A DNA stretch of 64,000 bases. Source: Nitrosopumilus sp. Lineage in GTDB: Archaea; Thermoproteota; Nitrososphaeria; Nitrososphaerales; Nitrosopumilaceae. Under the pieces are notes generated by a model. That model had not been told where the DNA came from, did not search any database, and saw nothing but the letters and a program-made list of their open reading frames with translations. The stretch lies in assembly GCA_965224195.1 (NCBI GenBank), contig OZ245040.1, positions 1,408,001 to 1,472,000 on the forward strand, given 5' to 3'. Numbering within the stretch: the first letter of the stretch is position 1; the number at the start of each line of letters is the position of its first letter. The position numbers and the translations under genes are program-made. This document shows positions 41,090-49,180 of this stretch, piece after piece.

Positions 41090-41280
41090 ACATACACCTC
41101 AAAAATTAATAATAACTTGCAATAATACAAATATGAGGGCTCAGATAGCTTTGCTGTCATCATACAGATGTCAGATCGCCAGAGACTCATCATAGCCCTC
41201 AATTCTCTTGTATTTATGTAACTTATTATTAGTTAACATCTATAATAATATAACTAATATTAAGTTAAATTAAAATAGGA

Positions 41281-41520
41281 ATGAAGAAATGTAAAACTAT
41301 GACAATCTCAATTAAAACCATAAGACAGATAAATTATCTATATTTCTCATATTCTGATAATAAAACTCATAAGCAAAAATTCATTTGTTGTGGAGTAAGA
41401 TCAAAAAAAGAATCCAAGATTAAGGCATTGGAGCTTGAGCTCAATTATTTACAGGAACAAATAGCCTCATTTTTAAGAGAATCTAGTAAGATTAAGGATC
41501 AGTTACAAAATCTAAAATGA
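41281..41520 (+). CDS. Small basic hypothetical protein (IS passenger)
   Basis: 79-aa ORF divergent from the transposase; beta-hairpin (YLYFSY) followed by a coiled coil. Confidence 0.6.
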   Translation: MKKCKTMTISIKTIRQINYLYFSYSDNKTHKQKFICCGVRSKKESKIKALELELNYLQEQIASFLRESSKIKDQLQNLK

Positions 41521-41667
41521 ACGAGATGTTAACTTGGAGTAAAAAAATGTTCAAGTCTCAAAGATCACACATAACCCTGAAAATTCATTCATAAGTTTAC
41601 AAAATATGATCGACTTGTTTGATTTTACATCCGATACTATTATAAACAGAAATTAGAAAAATAAAAT

Positions 41668-41805
41668 ATGTCTCAAAAATACATTCCCAAATGGGGTGCT
41701 CTTCATACGCAGCAATCCGAAACATTTCAAAAAATATCCTCAAAGAAACACCAAACATGTTCAGATTACGGTGATTTTATGAAGTGGTTAGATGACAAAA
41801 AATAA
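41668..41805 (+). CDS. 45-aa peptide, putative antitoxin
   Basis: MSQKYIPKWGALHTQQSETFQKISSKKHQTCSDYGDFMKWLDDKK; overlaps the start of the RelE-like gene, with an antitoxin-like DFMKWLDD tail. Confidence 0.55.
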   Translation: MSQKYIPKWGALHTQQSETFQKISSKKHQTCSDYGDFMKWLDDKK

Positions 41806-42103
41806 AGCAATATGGAATATTGCTAAAATCCCCAGTTTTAGAAAAGATTTTCAAAATTTACGATTAGTCGAACAATGGAGAGTAAGTCATGCAATAAATA
41901 ATATGAGATATGTAAAAGATCCAACTAGATTATATCCTTATCCACAATGTGATAATTGTCCAAATAATATGTATCTTTTTGGAATTTCTGATGATGGTGT
42001 TGGTAATAAAGGATTAGAAATACAAATAATAGTTTCAAAGGATACTCATACTCTATACCCATTTAATTGCAGACATTCTACATTTGAAAAAAATGAAAAC
42101 TAG
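41792..42103 (+). CDS. Putative RelE/ParE-fold toxin
   Basis: WNIAKIPSFRKDFQNL...RVSHAINNM...DP matches the RelE N-terminal pattern. Confidence 0.6.
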   Translation: MTKNKAIWNIAKIPSFRKDFQNLRLVEQWRVSHAINNMRYVKDPTRLYPYPQCDNCPNNMYLFGISDDGVGNKGLEIQIIVSKDTHTLYPFNCRHSTFEKNEN

Positions 42104-42327
42104 ACTAGAAAAAGCAAGATATCAAACTTCACAAATTTATCCAAAACTTTTACAACTACATGATATTTTAGAAAAAATTAAATGTTATAGTAAGCGATAT
42201 AGTTTTGGTCTCAACAGAATATTTTGTCGTTAGAAAATATGTTAAAAAAATGTTCAAGTCTCAAAGATCACACATAACCCATGATAACAACCTTTATTTC
42301 TAATGGGAGAACGTAGTAATTATTAAT

Positions 42328-42663
42328 TTGCTAATAATAAATCAAAATGAGGAATTTGCAGAAAAAATTGGCCAGATTGCTAGAATTTACATAGAATTTA
42401 AACAGGATCATGACGAAAATGATAATTCTTTATCTGATATTTTGACTTACTCAAAATACGATCGGGAAAAACTACGTTTTGTCGTAAAACGTGTAGGACT
42501 GGGTGTGCAATTATCTAAAATCATAGATGCATCTAAAAAAGATGTGACAAAAAATATCAGCCGTTTACAACCTAAAGAAGAAATTGAAGATGATGTGGCA
42601 TCAAAGGATTATTCATATTTCTTTTTTAAGGGATATTATACTAACATGGAGAAAGTAGCATGA
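42328..42663 (+). CDS. cas11: Stand-alone Cas11 (small subunit; equivalent to the Cas8b C-terminal domain)
   Basis: 111 aa, helical; IGQIARIY start and YFFFKGYY end are typical of the Cas8b C-terminus. ATGA-coupled to cas7. Confidence 0.7.
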   Translation: MLIINQNEEFAEKIGQIARIYIEFKQDHDENDNSLSDILTYSKYDREKLRFVVKRVGLGVQLSKIIDASKKDVTKNISRLQPKEEIEDDVASKDYSYFFFKGYYTNMEKVA

Positions 42664-43589
42664 CTACTGAAATCTTGTTCTACTATGAATCAATGCAGAA
42701 TCCAAATGGCGATCCTGGATTTGAAAATCAACCGAGGTTGATGCCTGATGATACTATAATGGTAACTGATGTACGAATCAAGCGAACTATGCGAGATTAT
42801 GCAAGAGATGTAAAAGGCGAAACATTGTTTGTAGATTATGATAAAAATGGTAATGCAATCGCAGCAGACGGCAAAGCCGAAGAGATTACAGGTTCTCTTA
42901 GCGGAGATGTAATTGGAAAACTATTAGAAAAAACATTTGATGTACCTCTTTTTGGTGCACTTGTACCAATAAGGAAGAAAGGTTCTGACAATGAAGGCAG
43001 TTCAGAAAAATTGACAGGCCCATTACAATTTGGAATTTCTAGAAGTGTAAATAGAGTTCAGATAATTAATCCAACCATCGTTGGTAGATTTGTTGGCAAA
43101 GAAAAGACAAAAGGAAAACAATTTTCTACATTTGGAAAATTCTACTCTGTAGAGTATGCGCTAATTAAGGTGCAGGGAGCGATAAACCCTAGAAACTTGA
43201 CAAAATATGCAGACGATAAAACAATAATGAAGAAATTCACTGAAAAAGTATCTATGATTCATGACTGTTTGTGGAATGGCACAAATCAGTTAATCACAAG
43301 ATCAAAGTATCCACAACGAAGCATCCTCTATATTGATGTGGACTATAAAGACAGAATCTATAATGACTTGCCAAAGCTAGTTGATGAAAACCAATCTCTT
43401 AAAGAAATGGCAAAAAGTCTTGGTGATTCACCGTTTATTTTCTCAAATCTAATTGATATAATGTCAAAGAGAAAATCTGAAGTTAATATAATTAGAATTC
43501 GTGGTGCTGAAGATATTTCAGATGATGTACAGAATTTGGCATCAGACTTAGAAAAGAAAGGGCTCAAAGTAGAAATTCTTTCGGATTGA
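42660..43589 (+). CDS. cas7: Cas7 (Csh2/Cas7b type)
   Basis: NPNGDP..NQPR, VTDVRIKRTMRDY, DVPLFGA, TGPLQF. Confidence 0.95.
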   Translation: MTTEILFYYESMQNPNGDPGFENQPRLMPDDTIMVTDVRIKRTMRDYARDVKGETLFVDYDKNGNAIAADGKAEEITGSLSGDVIGKLLEKTFDVPLFGALVPIRKKGSDNEGSSEKLTGPLQFGISRSVNRVQIINPTIVGRFVGKEKTKGKQFSTFGKFYSVEYALIKVQGAINPRNLTKYADDKTIMKKFTEKVSMIHDCLWNGTNQLITRSKYPQRSILYIDVDYKDRIYNDLPKLVDENQSLKEMAKSLGDSPFIFSNLIDIMSKRKSEVNIIRIRGAEDISDDVQNLASDLEKKGLKVEILSD

Positions 43590-44323
43590 AACTAATTTCA
43601 TTTAGGATTTCAGGCGCGTTTGCAGCATTTAGAGATCCATCTGTTACATCAAACCAAACCGTATACTACATCCCATCAAAAAGTGCAATTGTTGGAATGT
43701 TGGGTGCAATGATTGGAATCAGACGATCAGATAATCTAGGTGAAATATACAGTGAAGAATTTAGGGAGTTTTTTAGAAATACCAAAATCGGCATACAGTT
43801 TGAATCTGACCCTAGAAAAGTAGTGTTCTTCACAAACCATCGCTCACTAAAGGAACCAAAGACAAAACCATTCAAAACTGAACTGGTCGAAAAACCACAA
43901 TATACTATCTATGTAATTACTGATGACGAGAGCTCTGAAAAACTTTCAAATGCAATAAAGAAAAATGGGTTTGTATTTTCTCCCTATCTTGGACATGCAT
44001 ATTGCCAAGCTACCGTTTCTGATTTTAAAGAAACTGATGTTCAAGAAGTTAATTCAGAAGGTGAGAAAACACAATGTGTGGTATTAGATGAATCAGAAAC
44101 ATACAATCCTGATTTTAAATTAATATTGATACAATCTTCTCAAAATGGATCTGTCATAATTGAAAGACATACTCATCATTTTTTCATTGATGAAAAATTT
44201 GATGGTCGCGTGTTGAAACACTGGATTCCTGTAAATAATTCAGAGTTTAAAATTAAAACAGATCAAGCAAGGAGCTTATCTAAGTTTTATAAGGTTGGAG
44301 GCCATGTTGTCTGCATGTACTAG
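43586..44323 (+). CDS. cas5: Cas5 (type I-B)
   Basis: FRISGAFAAFR, PSKSAIVGMLGAMIG, PYLG. Confidence 0.93.
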   Translation: MKLISFRISGAFAAFRDPSVTSNQTVYYIPSKSAIVGMLGAMIGIRRSDNLGEIYSEEFREFFRNTKIGIQFESDPRKVVFFTNHRSLKEPKTKPFKTELVEKPQYTIYVITDDESSEKLSNAIKKNGFVFSPYLGHAYCQATVSDFKETDVQEVNSEGEKTQCVVLDESETYNPDFKLILIQSSQNGSVIIERHTHHFFIDEKFDGRVLKHWIPVNNSEFKIKTDQARSLSKFYKVGGHVVCMY

Positions 44324-46622
44324 AAAATTTCTTTCACATCCAATAGAAGATGAAAAAAATTCTCTAATTAAACATCTTTTAGAAATTGGAAAAACAGCTG
44401 ACAAAATTTTTACTCAGACAACTTTTACCAATACATCTTTGGCATTTTATTCTGGGTTATTACATGATATTGGAAAGATAAATCCATATTATCAGGAAAT
44501 GTTTCATACAACAAAAAATAATAGAGAACAGGTAAAAGAAAAAGCATTAGAAAAATATGTTGGAGAACATGCAAGATTTTCTGCTTGGACAGTAGACAAA
44601 TTATTAGAGAAAAGTGATCTTGATTATTCCACAATTCAAAAAATTACAGTATTAGTATATGGACATCACTCCACAATTAGACGAAATCTTGGAATTGTAG
44701 AAGGTGATAAATTTACTGCAACTAAAGATGCAATTTCTAAGGTATTGCCTGAATTTGCCTTACAGGTATCCGATATTCCTGAACTCTCAAAACTTAATTG
44801 GGATTCATGTTATGAAGAATTTCAATATCCTGCAATTTTTAATGTAGAATTAGAATCAAAGAATTCCCCTTATGATTATTTGGAGATGTCTTATGCATTT
44901 TCATGCCTACTTCAGGCAGACAGGGGAAGTTTTCATGAGTGGTTAGTACCAAATTTTGATCTGCACATAGACACTGAACCATTGGTCAAAAAATCTCAAG
45001 AAACAAAAACTCAACTTGGACAAATCAGGTCAGATTTTCAATCACAAGTAATGAAAAACTTTGATGACGATGAACCGATCTCTGTGATTAATGCACCTAC
45101 AGGAATCGGTAAAACCAAAGTTTTTTTAGATATTATTAGTAAATATTCAACTGATAAAGAAAAGATTCATAGTATTTTTTATTTTTCTCCATTACTTGCA
45201 TTAACAGAAGATTTTGAAAATAAAATAGCAAAAGTAATTTCAGATGAAAATGCACAAGAAGATATTTTAATTTACAACCATATGTTTTCAGATTCGCTAA
45301 AAAAAAGACAAGAAAATAATATTGAGTATTCTAACTCATGGGTATTTGAGAATGAATCCTTTAACAAGAAATTTGTCATCACCACTACCCAGAGACTTTT
45401 GATGACAATCTATTCTAACAAAACACAAGACAAAATGAAACTGGCATCATTTAGAAATTCTGTATTAATAATTGATGAAGTCCAAACCATTCCAAAACCA
45501 ATCCTGTCAAACTTAAAAGAGATATTCAAAAAGATGAACCAATACATGAGAACCAAATTCATTCTAGTTAGTGCAACAATCCCACATGAGCTTAATGATA
45601 TCAAAAAAGTCAAATTATCAAAAGATATTCTAGATGATTATCTTAAAAAAATAGAAAAACAAATCTCTTTTGCACCGCTTGATGTTACAAAAATTCCAAT
45701 TGAAAGGACATTGGTTATGGCAAACACAAGAAAAAAAGCAGTAACTCGTTACTCAGAAATTATTAAAGTCCATCCTGATAAAGACCCTAATTCAGCACCA
45801 GGTGATGCTAAATTATTTGATTCAGAAATCAAACAAACATATTCTGATAAAGACATTATCTACATTTCAACTGGTATCAAAAAACAAGATAGAAAAAAGA
45901 TCCTAAAAGATCTACAAGATCGATTCAGCAAAGAAAAAGAAAAATCAAAACCCTATGTCCTTGTGTCTACTCAAGTAGTTGAGGCAGGAGTAGACATTAG
46001 CTTCTCACATGTATTTAGAGAAGAAGCTCCACTTGATAATATCATTCAAGTCATGGGCAGACTAAATAGAGAAGGGGAAAACTCTGATGCAGAATTAGTC
46101 ATATATCCAACAACAGATGGTAAATCCACTCCGTATAGTACGTTGGAGTTTCAAGTGTCTCAAGAAAAAATTAAAAAAATAATTCAGGAAAAAACAAACT
46201 CTGTAGGACTTTATGATGTCATGGAAGAATACTATTCTGAGATTTATGAAAAAAATCTGAGCAACCAGAACGGTACACAAGAACTAGAACGATGTATAAA
46301 ACGAATGGATTTTGATGGGGTATGGGAATTTGTTAAAGAACTAGCCATTCCCAAGGATGATCGTGGTACTGTATTTATTCCAGAACCTGAAAAATGGGAA
46401 TCTGTTAGAAAAGGATTACTTGACGGTACAAAGAAAAACTTTAAAGAATTTGGAGAACTAACTGCTTCCCTTCCAATTTCAGTCTATAAACTGCAAAAAC
46501 TGAAGGGGAAAAATTACTTTGATGAAGAACTAATGGAGAAAAACATCCTGTTACCTCAAAAACAGTACTTGGAAGAAGTTTATGATAAAAATACGGGACT
46601 AGATAAATGGCTGATAGAATAA
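44295..46622 (+). CDS. cas3: Cas3 HD nuclease-helicase
   Basis: HDIGK, GHH, QAD, APTGIGKT, DEVQ, SAT, TQVVEAGVD, QVMGRLNR. Confidence 0.96.
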   Translation: MEAMLSACTRKFLSHPIEDEKNSLIKHLLEIGKTADKIFTQTTFTNTSLAFYSGLLHDIGKINPYYQEMFHTTKNNREQVKEKALEKYVGEHARFSAWTVDKLLEKSDLDYSTIQKITVLVYGHHSTIRRNLGIVEGDKFTATKDAISKVLPEFALQVSDIPELSKLNWDSCYEEFQYPAIFNVELESKNSPYDYLEMSYAFSCLLQADRGSFHEWLVPNFDLHIDTEPLVKKSQETKTQLGQIRSDFQSQVMKNFDDDEPISVINAPTGIGKTKVFLDIISKYSTDKEKIHSIFYFSPLLALTEDFENKIAKVISDENAQEDILIYNHMFSDSLKKRQENNIEYSNSWVFENESFNKKFVITTTQRLLMTIYSNKTQDKMKLASFRNSVLIIDEVQTIPKPILSNLKEIFKKMNQYMRTKFILVSATIPHELNDIKKVKLSKDILDDYLKKIEKQISFAPLDVTKIPIERTLVMANTRKKAVTRYSEIIKVHPDKDPNSAPGDAKLFDSEIKQTYSDKDIIYISTGIKKQDRKKILKDLQDRFSKEKEKSKPYVLVSTQVVEAGVDISFSHVFREEAPLDNIIQVMGRLNREGENSDAELVIYPTTDGKSTPYSTLEFQVSQEKIKKIIQEKTNSVGLYDVMEEYYSEIYEKNLSNQNGTQELERCIKRMDFDGVWEFVKELAIPKDDRGTVFIPEPEKWESVRKGLLDGTKKNFKEFGELTASLPISVYKLQKLKGKNYFDEELMEKNILLPQKQYLEEVYDKNTGLDKWLIE

Positions 46623-47257
46623 AACTTTGTTATGTTACATTAGATTTTGATTCTAATTTTAAGGTAACACCTGTCAAACTACGAGGATTTTTAGCACATC
46701 TTTTTGTAAACATTTCAGAGTTTCATCACCACTCTGATCAATCATATCATTATCCTCTGATACAATACAAAAGAATTGATAAAAAATTGGCAATAGTTGG
46801 TATCAAAGAATTTGCAGAAATTATTTTTCAAAATATGTCAAAATTGGATCATATTGCTACTGAAACAGAAAAGATTCTACTAAACAATGTTGAGATTAAA
46901 AGTAATTCATACCAATTAGAACATATACCTACAACGTATAAATTCACATCTCCTTGGCTTGCACTAAATGAAAAAAACTATACAAAGTTTAAGGAATTAA
47001 AAAATAATGAAAAGAAATTATTTCTTGAAAAAATATTGATTGGGAATATCTTATCAATGCTGAAAGGTTTTGGAATTTTTATAGATTATAAAATCACCGT
47101 ATCTATAATAAAATTTAAAAGTATTCCAGTAACTGCACACAAAAATAAGTTTACAGGAATGTATGCAGAATTTGAAACTAACATATTGTTACCGAACTAT
47201 CTAGGTCTTGGTAAAAGTGTAACAAAGGGGTTTGGCGTAATAAGGATAATTTCATGA
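46607..47257 (+). CDS. cas6: Cas6 endoribonuclease
   Basis: KLRGF, YPLIQYK, G-loop GLGKSVTKGFG. Confidence 0.93.
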   Translation: MADRIKLCYVTLDFDSNFKVTPVKLRGFLAHLFVNISEFHHHSDQSYHYPLIQYKRIDKKLAIVGIKEFAEIIFQNMSKLDHIATETEKILLNNVEIKSNSYQLEHIPTTYKFTSPWLALNEKNYTKFKELKNNEKKLFLEKILIGNILSMLKGFGIFIDYKITVSIIKFKSIPVTAHKNKFTGMYAEFETNILLPNYLGLGKSVTKGFGVIRIIS

Positions 47258-48216
47258 TTGTAGAGGTAAGCACTCATGGTAGCACCATAAAAAGAGATCA
47301 TGATTCTTTTGTGATTCAAGCAAAGGATGAAAAAACGGAAATACCTGCAGAAAAAGTTGATGCGGTAATAGTTTCTGCAAATGCCTTGATCAGTACATCA
47401 GCAGTGCGTCTATGCATTGAAAAACAGATACAGATGGTAATTTCCACATGGTCTGGAAAACCAGTTGCCAGATTGTGGTCAAGTACGCAGGGAAAATCTA
47501 CACAGCTAAGGCGTAATCAATATTTGAATCAAGATACGGTAATGGGATTTGACATTTCAGTTATGATTTTGGAGAAAAAGCTAAGAGCACAAAAAACATT
47601 TCTGACTGATTTGAAAAACAACCGAAAATCCCCACCTGTAAAGTTGGAACGCGCATCTTTTACCATAAGTAATGCGATAAAAAAAGTCAAGAACATCAAA
47701 CATTCAAAGAATTACAAGGCAACTTTGTTGGGATTGGAAGGGGCTGCTGCTGCAAATTATTTTCAGGCAATCTCTTCAATTCTGCCAAAAAAATGGTTTA
47801 CTGAAAAACGTAGTCAGCATCCAGCACATGATCCATTCAATGCAGTTTTGAATTATCTTTATGGAATGGCATATGCTGATGTTGAAAAGATTGTAATACT
47901 TTCAGGCCTTGATCCAAACGCAGGGTTTTTTCATTCTGATTCTTATGGAAAACCTACTTTATCATATGATATCATAGAGATAGTAAGGCCAATTGTAGAT
48001 AGATTGGTAGTTACATCATTTACCAAAAAGATAGTTCGTGATGATTGGTTTGAAATACAAGACGATATCACAAATGGTATATTTCTTTCAAAAAAAGCAA
48101 GACAATTTTTTATCTCAATATACGTTGAAGATGGACGAAAAACTATTGAATCCAAATCTTGGGATTTTTGTAAAATCATTATAAAACAACTACAACAAGG
48201 TAGTAATGTAACATGA
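47254..48216 (+). CDS. cas1: Cas1
   Basis: LGLEG...YF, DPFNAVLNYLY, GLDP..GFFH, YDIIE..RP. Confidence 0.96.
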   Translation: MIVEVSTHGSTIKRDHDSFVIQAKDEKTEIPAEKVDAVIVSANALISTSAVRLCIEKQIQMVISTWSGKPVARLWSSTQGKSTQLRRNQYLNQDTVMGFDISVMILEKKLRAQKTFLTDLKNNRKSPPVKLERASFTISNAIKKVKNIKHSKNYKATLLGLEGAAAANYFQAISSILPKKWFTEKRSQHPAHDPFNAVLNYLYGMAYADVEKIVILSGLDPNAGFFHSDSYGKPTLSYDIIEIVRPIVDRLVVTSFTKKIVRDDWFEIQDDITNGIFLSKKARQFFISIYVEDGRKTIESKSWDFCKIIIKQLQQGSNVT

Positions 48217-48509
48217 AAAAGAATATGTATTATGCAATTTATGATATCACTGATAATTCTACACGAAGCTCAGTTATTCATATACTAAAAAATCAGGGAT
48301 TTATCAGGATTCAAAAAAGTGTTTTTTGTGGAAGTCTGTCTGGACAAAATAAAAAAGATTTGATTGAATCTATAAAAATAATTGTAAATGAAAATGATTC
48401 TTTTTATTTAATTCTTGCATGCAACCAGTGTTTTGGCAAGATCAAAATAATTGGCAAGGGATTTGACAAGGAATATGTTTCAGATAAAAAGCCTGCTGTT
48501 GTACTATGA
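48213..48509 (+). CDS. cas2: Cas2
   Basis: YDI...RIQKSVF. Confidence 0.95.
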   Translation: MKKNMYYAIYDITDNSTRSSVIHILKNQGFIRIQKSVFCGSLSGQNKKDLIESIKIIVNENDSFYLILACNQCFGKIKIIGKGFDKEYVSDKKPAVVL

Positions 48510-49099
48510 TTTCACCGCTAACTGTTACTGATGTCGTGGAATATGCTTTTTGTCCAAAATTTACATATTTTATTAATGTTTTGGGTTTGGAACAGTTTGA
48601 ACAAAAGAGGGGAACTGTAACTGCAGGACGTAAATTACACAACAAACATGAAAAAGACAATCTAAGATATGTTCCACAAGAATTTTCTGGAAAGAAAATT
48701 GTTGCACGAAAATTCTTTTCAGCAAAATATGGATTGTTAGGTAAGATAGACGAGGCAATTGAAATGGACAATGAGATAGTGCTAATTGAGCGAAAATACA
48801 GTGACAATCATAAAATATATCCTGCACTAAAAGTTCAGTTGGGATTGCTCTCTGTGTTGATTGAAGAGAATTTGCACAAACCTGTACAAAAGGCAATTGT
48901 AGTTTTTAGCAAAACCGAGAGAAAGGAGATTCATTTTAAAATTGATGATTTGATAAAAAAAGATTCATTAGCAATGCTTGAGAATGTAAAAAAAGTAATC
49001 AAAAATGAAATAATGCCAGAGTCTAACTTTGATAACCGCTGTCTGAATTGTTGTTTTAGAAGAGTTTGCCCTACCAGCTCTTTAAATACAATGGAATAA
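48506..49099 (+). CDS. cas4: Cas4
   Basis: YAFCPK, GKID, ERK, QL, C..C....VC. Confidence 0.94.
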   Translation: MISPLTVTDVVEYAFCPKFTYFINVLGLEQFEQKRGTVTAGRKLHNKHEKDNLRYVPQEFSGKKIVARKFFSAKYGLLGKIDEAIEMDNEIVLIERKYSDNHKIYPALKVQLGLLSVLIEENLHKPVQKAIVVFSKTERKEIHFKIDDLIKKDSLAMLENVKKVIKNEIMPESNFDNRCLNCCFRRVCPTSSLNTME

Positions 49100-49180
49100 T
49101 ATGTCAAGACCATGAAATTGTGAATGAAAATACAATAAAAATGAATAAAAACATGTGTAAATCATGACGTAACAGTTACA
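49100..49180 (+). promoter_or_regulatory. CRISPR leader (short, AT-rich)
   Basis: Lies between the cas4 stop and the first repeat. The repeat's 3' end ATTGAAAC implies + strand transcription. Confidence 0.7.

Larger units (their letters stand above)
39920..42279. mobile_element. IS6-family element with duplicated right end and cargo, inserted between cas8b and cas11
   Basis: IRs GGTTCTGTGTAATC and (reverse complement) GGTTATGTGTGATC. 8-bp TSD CATGATAA at 39912-39919 and 42280-42287. 38-bp right-end segment repeated at 41540-41577 and 42243-42280. Confidence 0.92.

Noticed and set aside
39920-42279. IS6 transposase as the mobiliser of the CRISPR island
   Set aside because: It has its own IRs and 8-bp TSD inside the island. 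The island ends lack GGTTCTGT IRs and show a 9-bp duplication.
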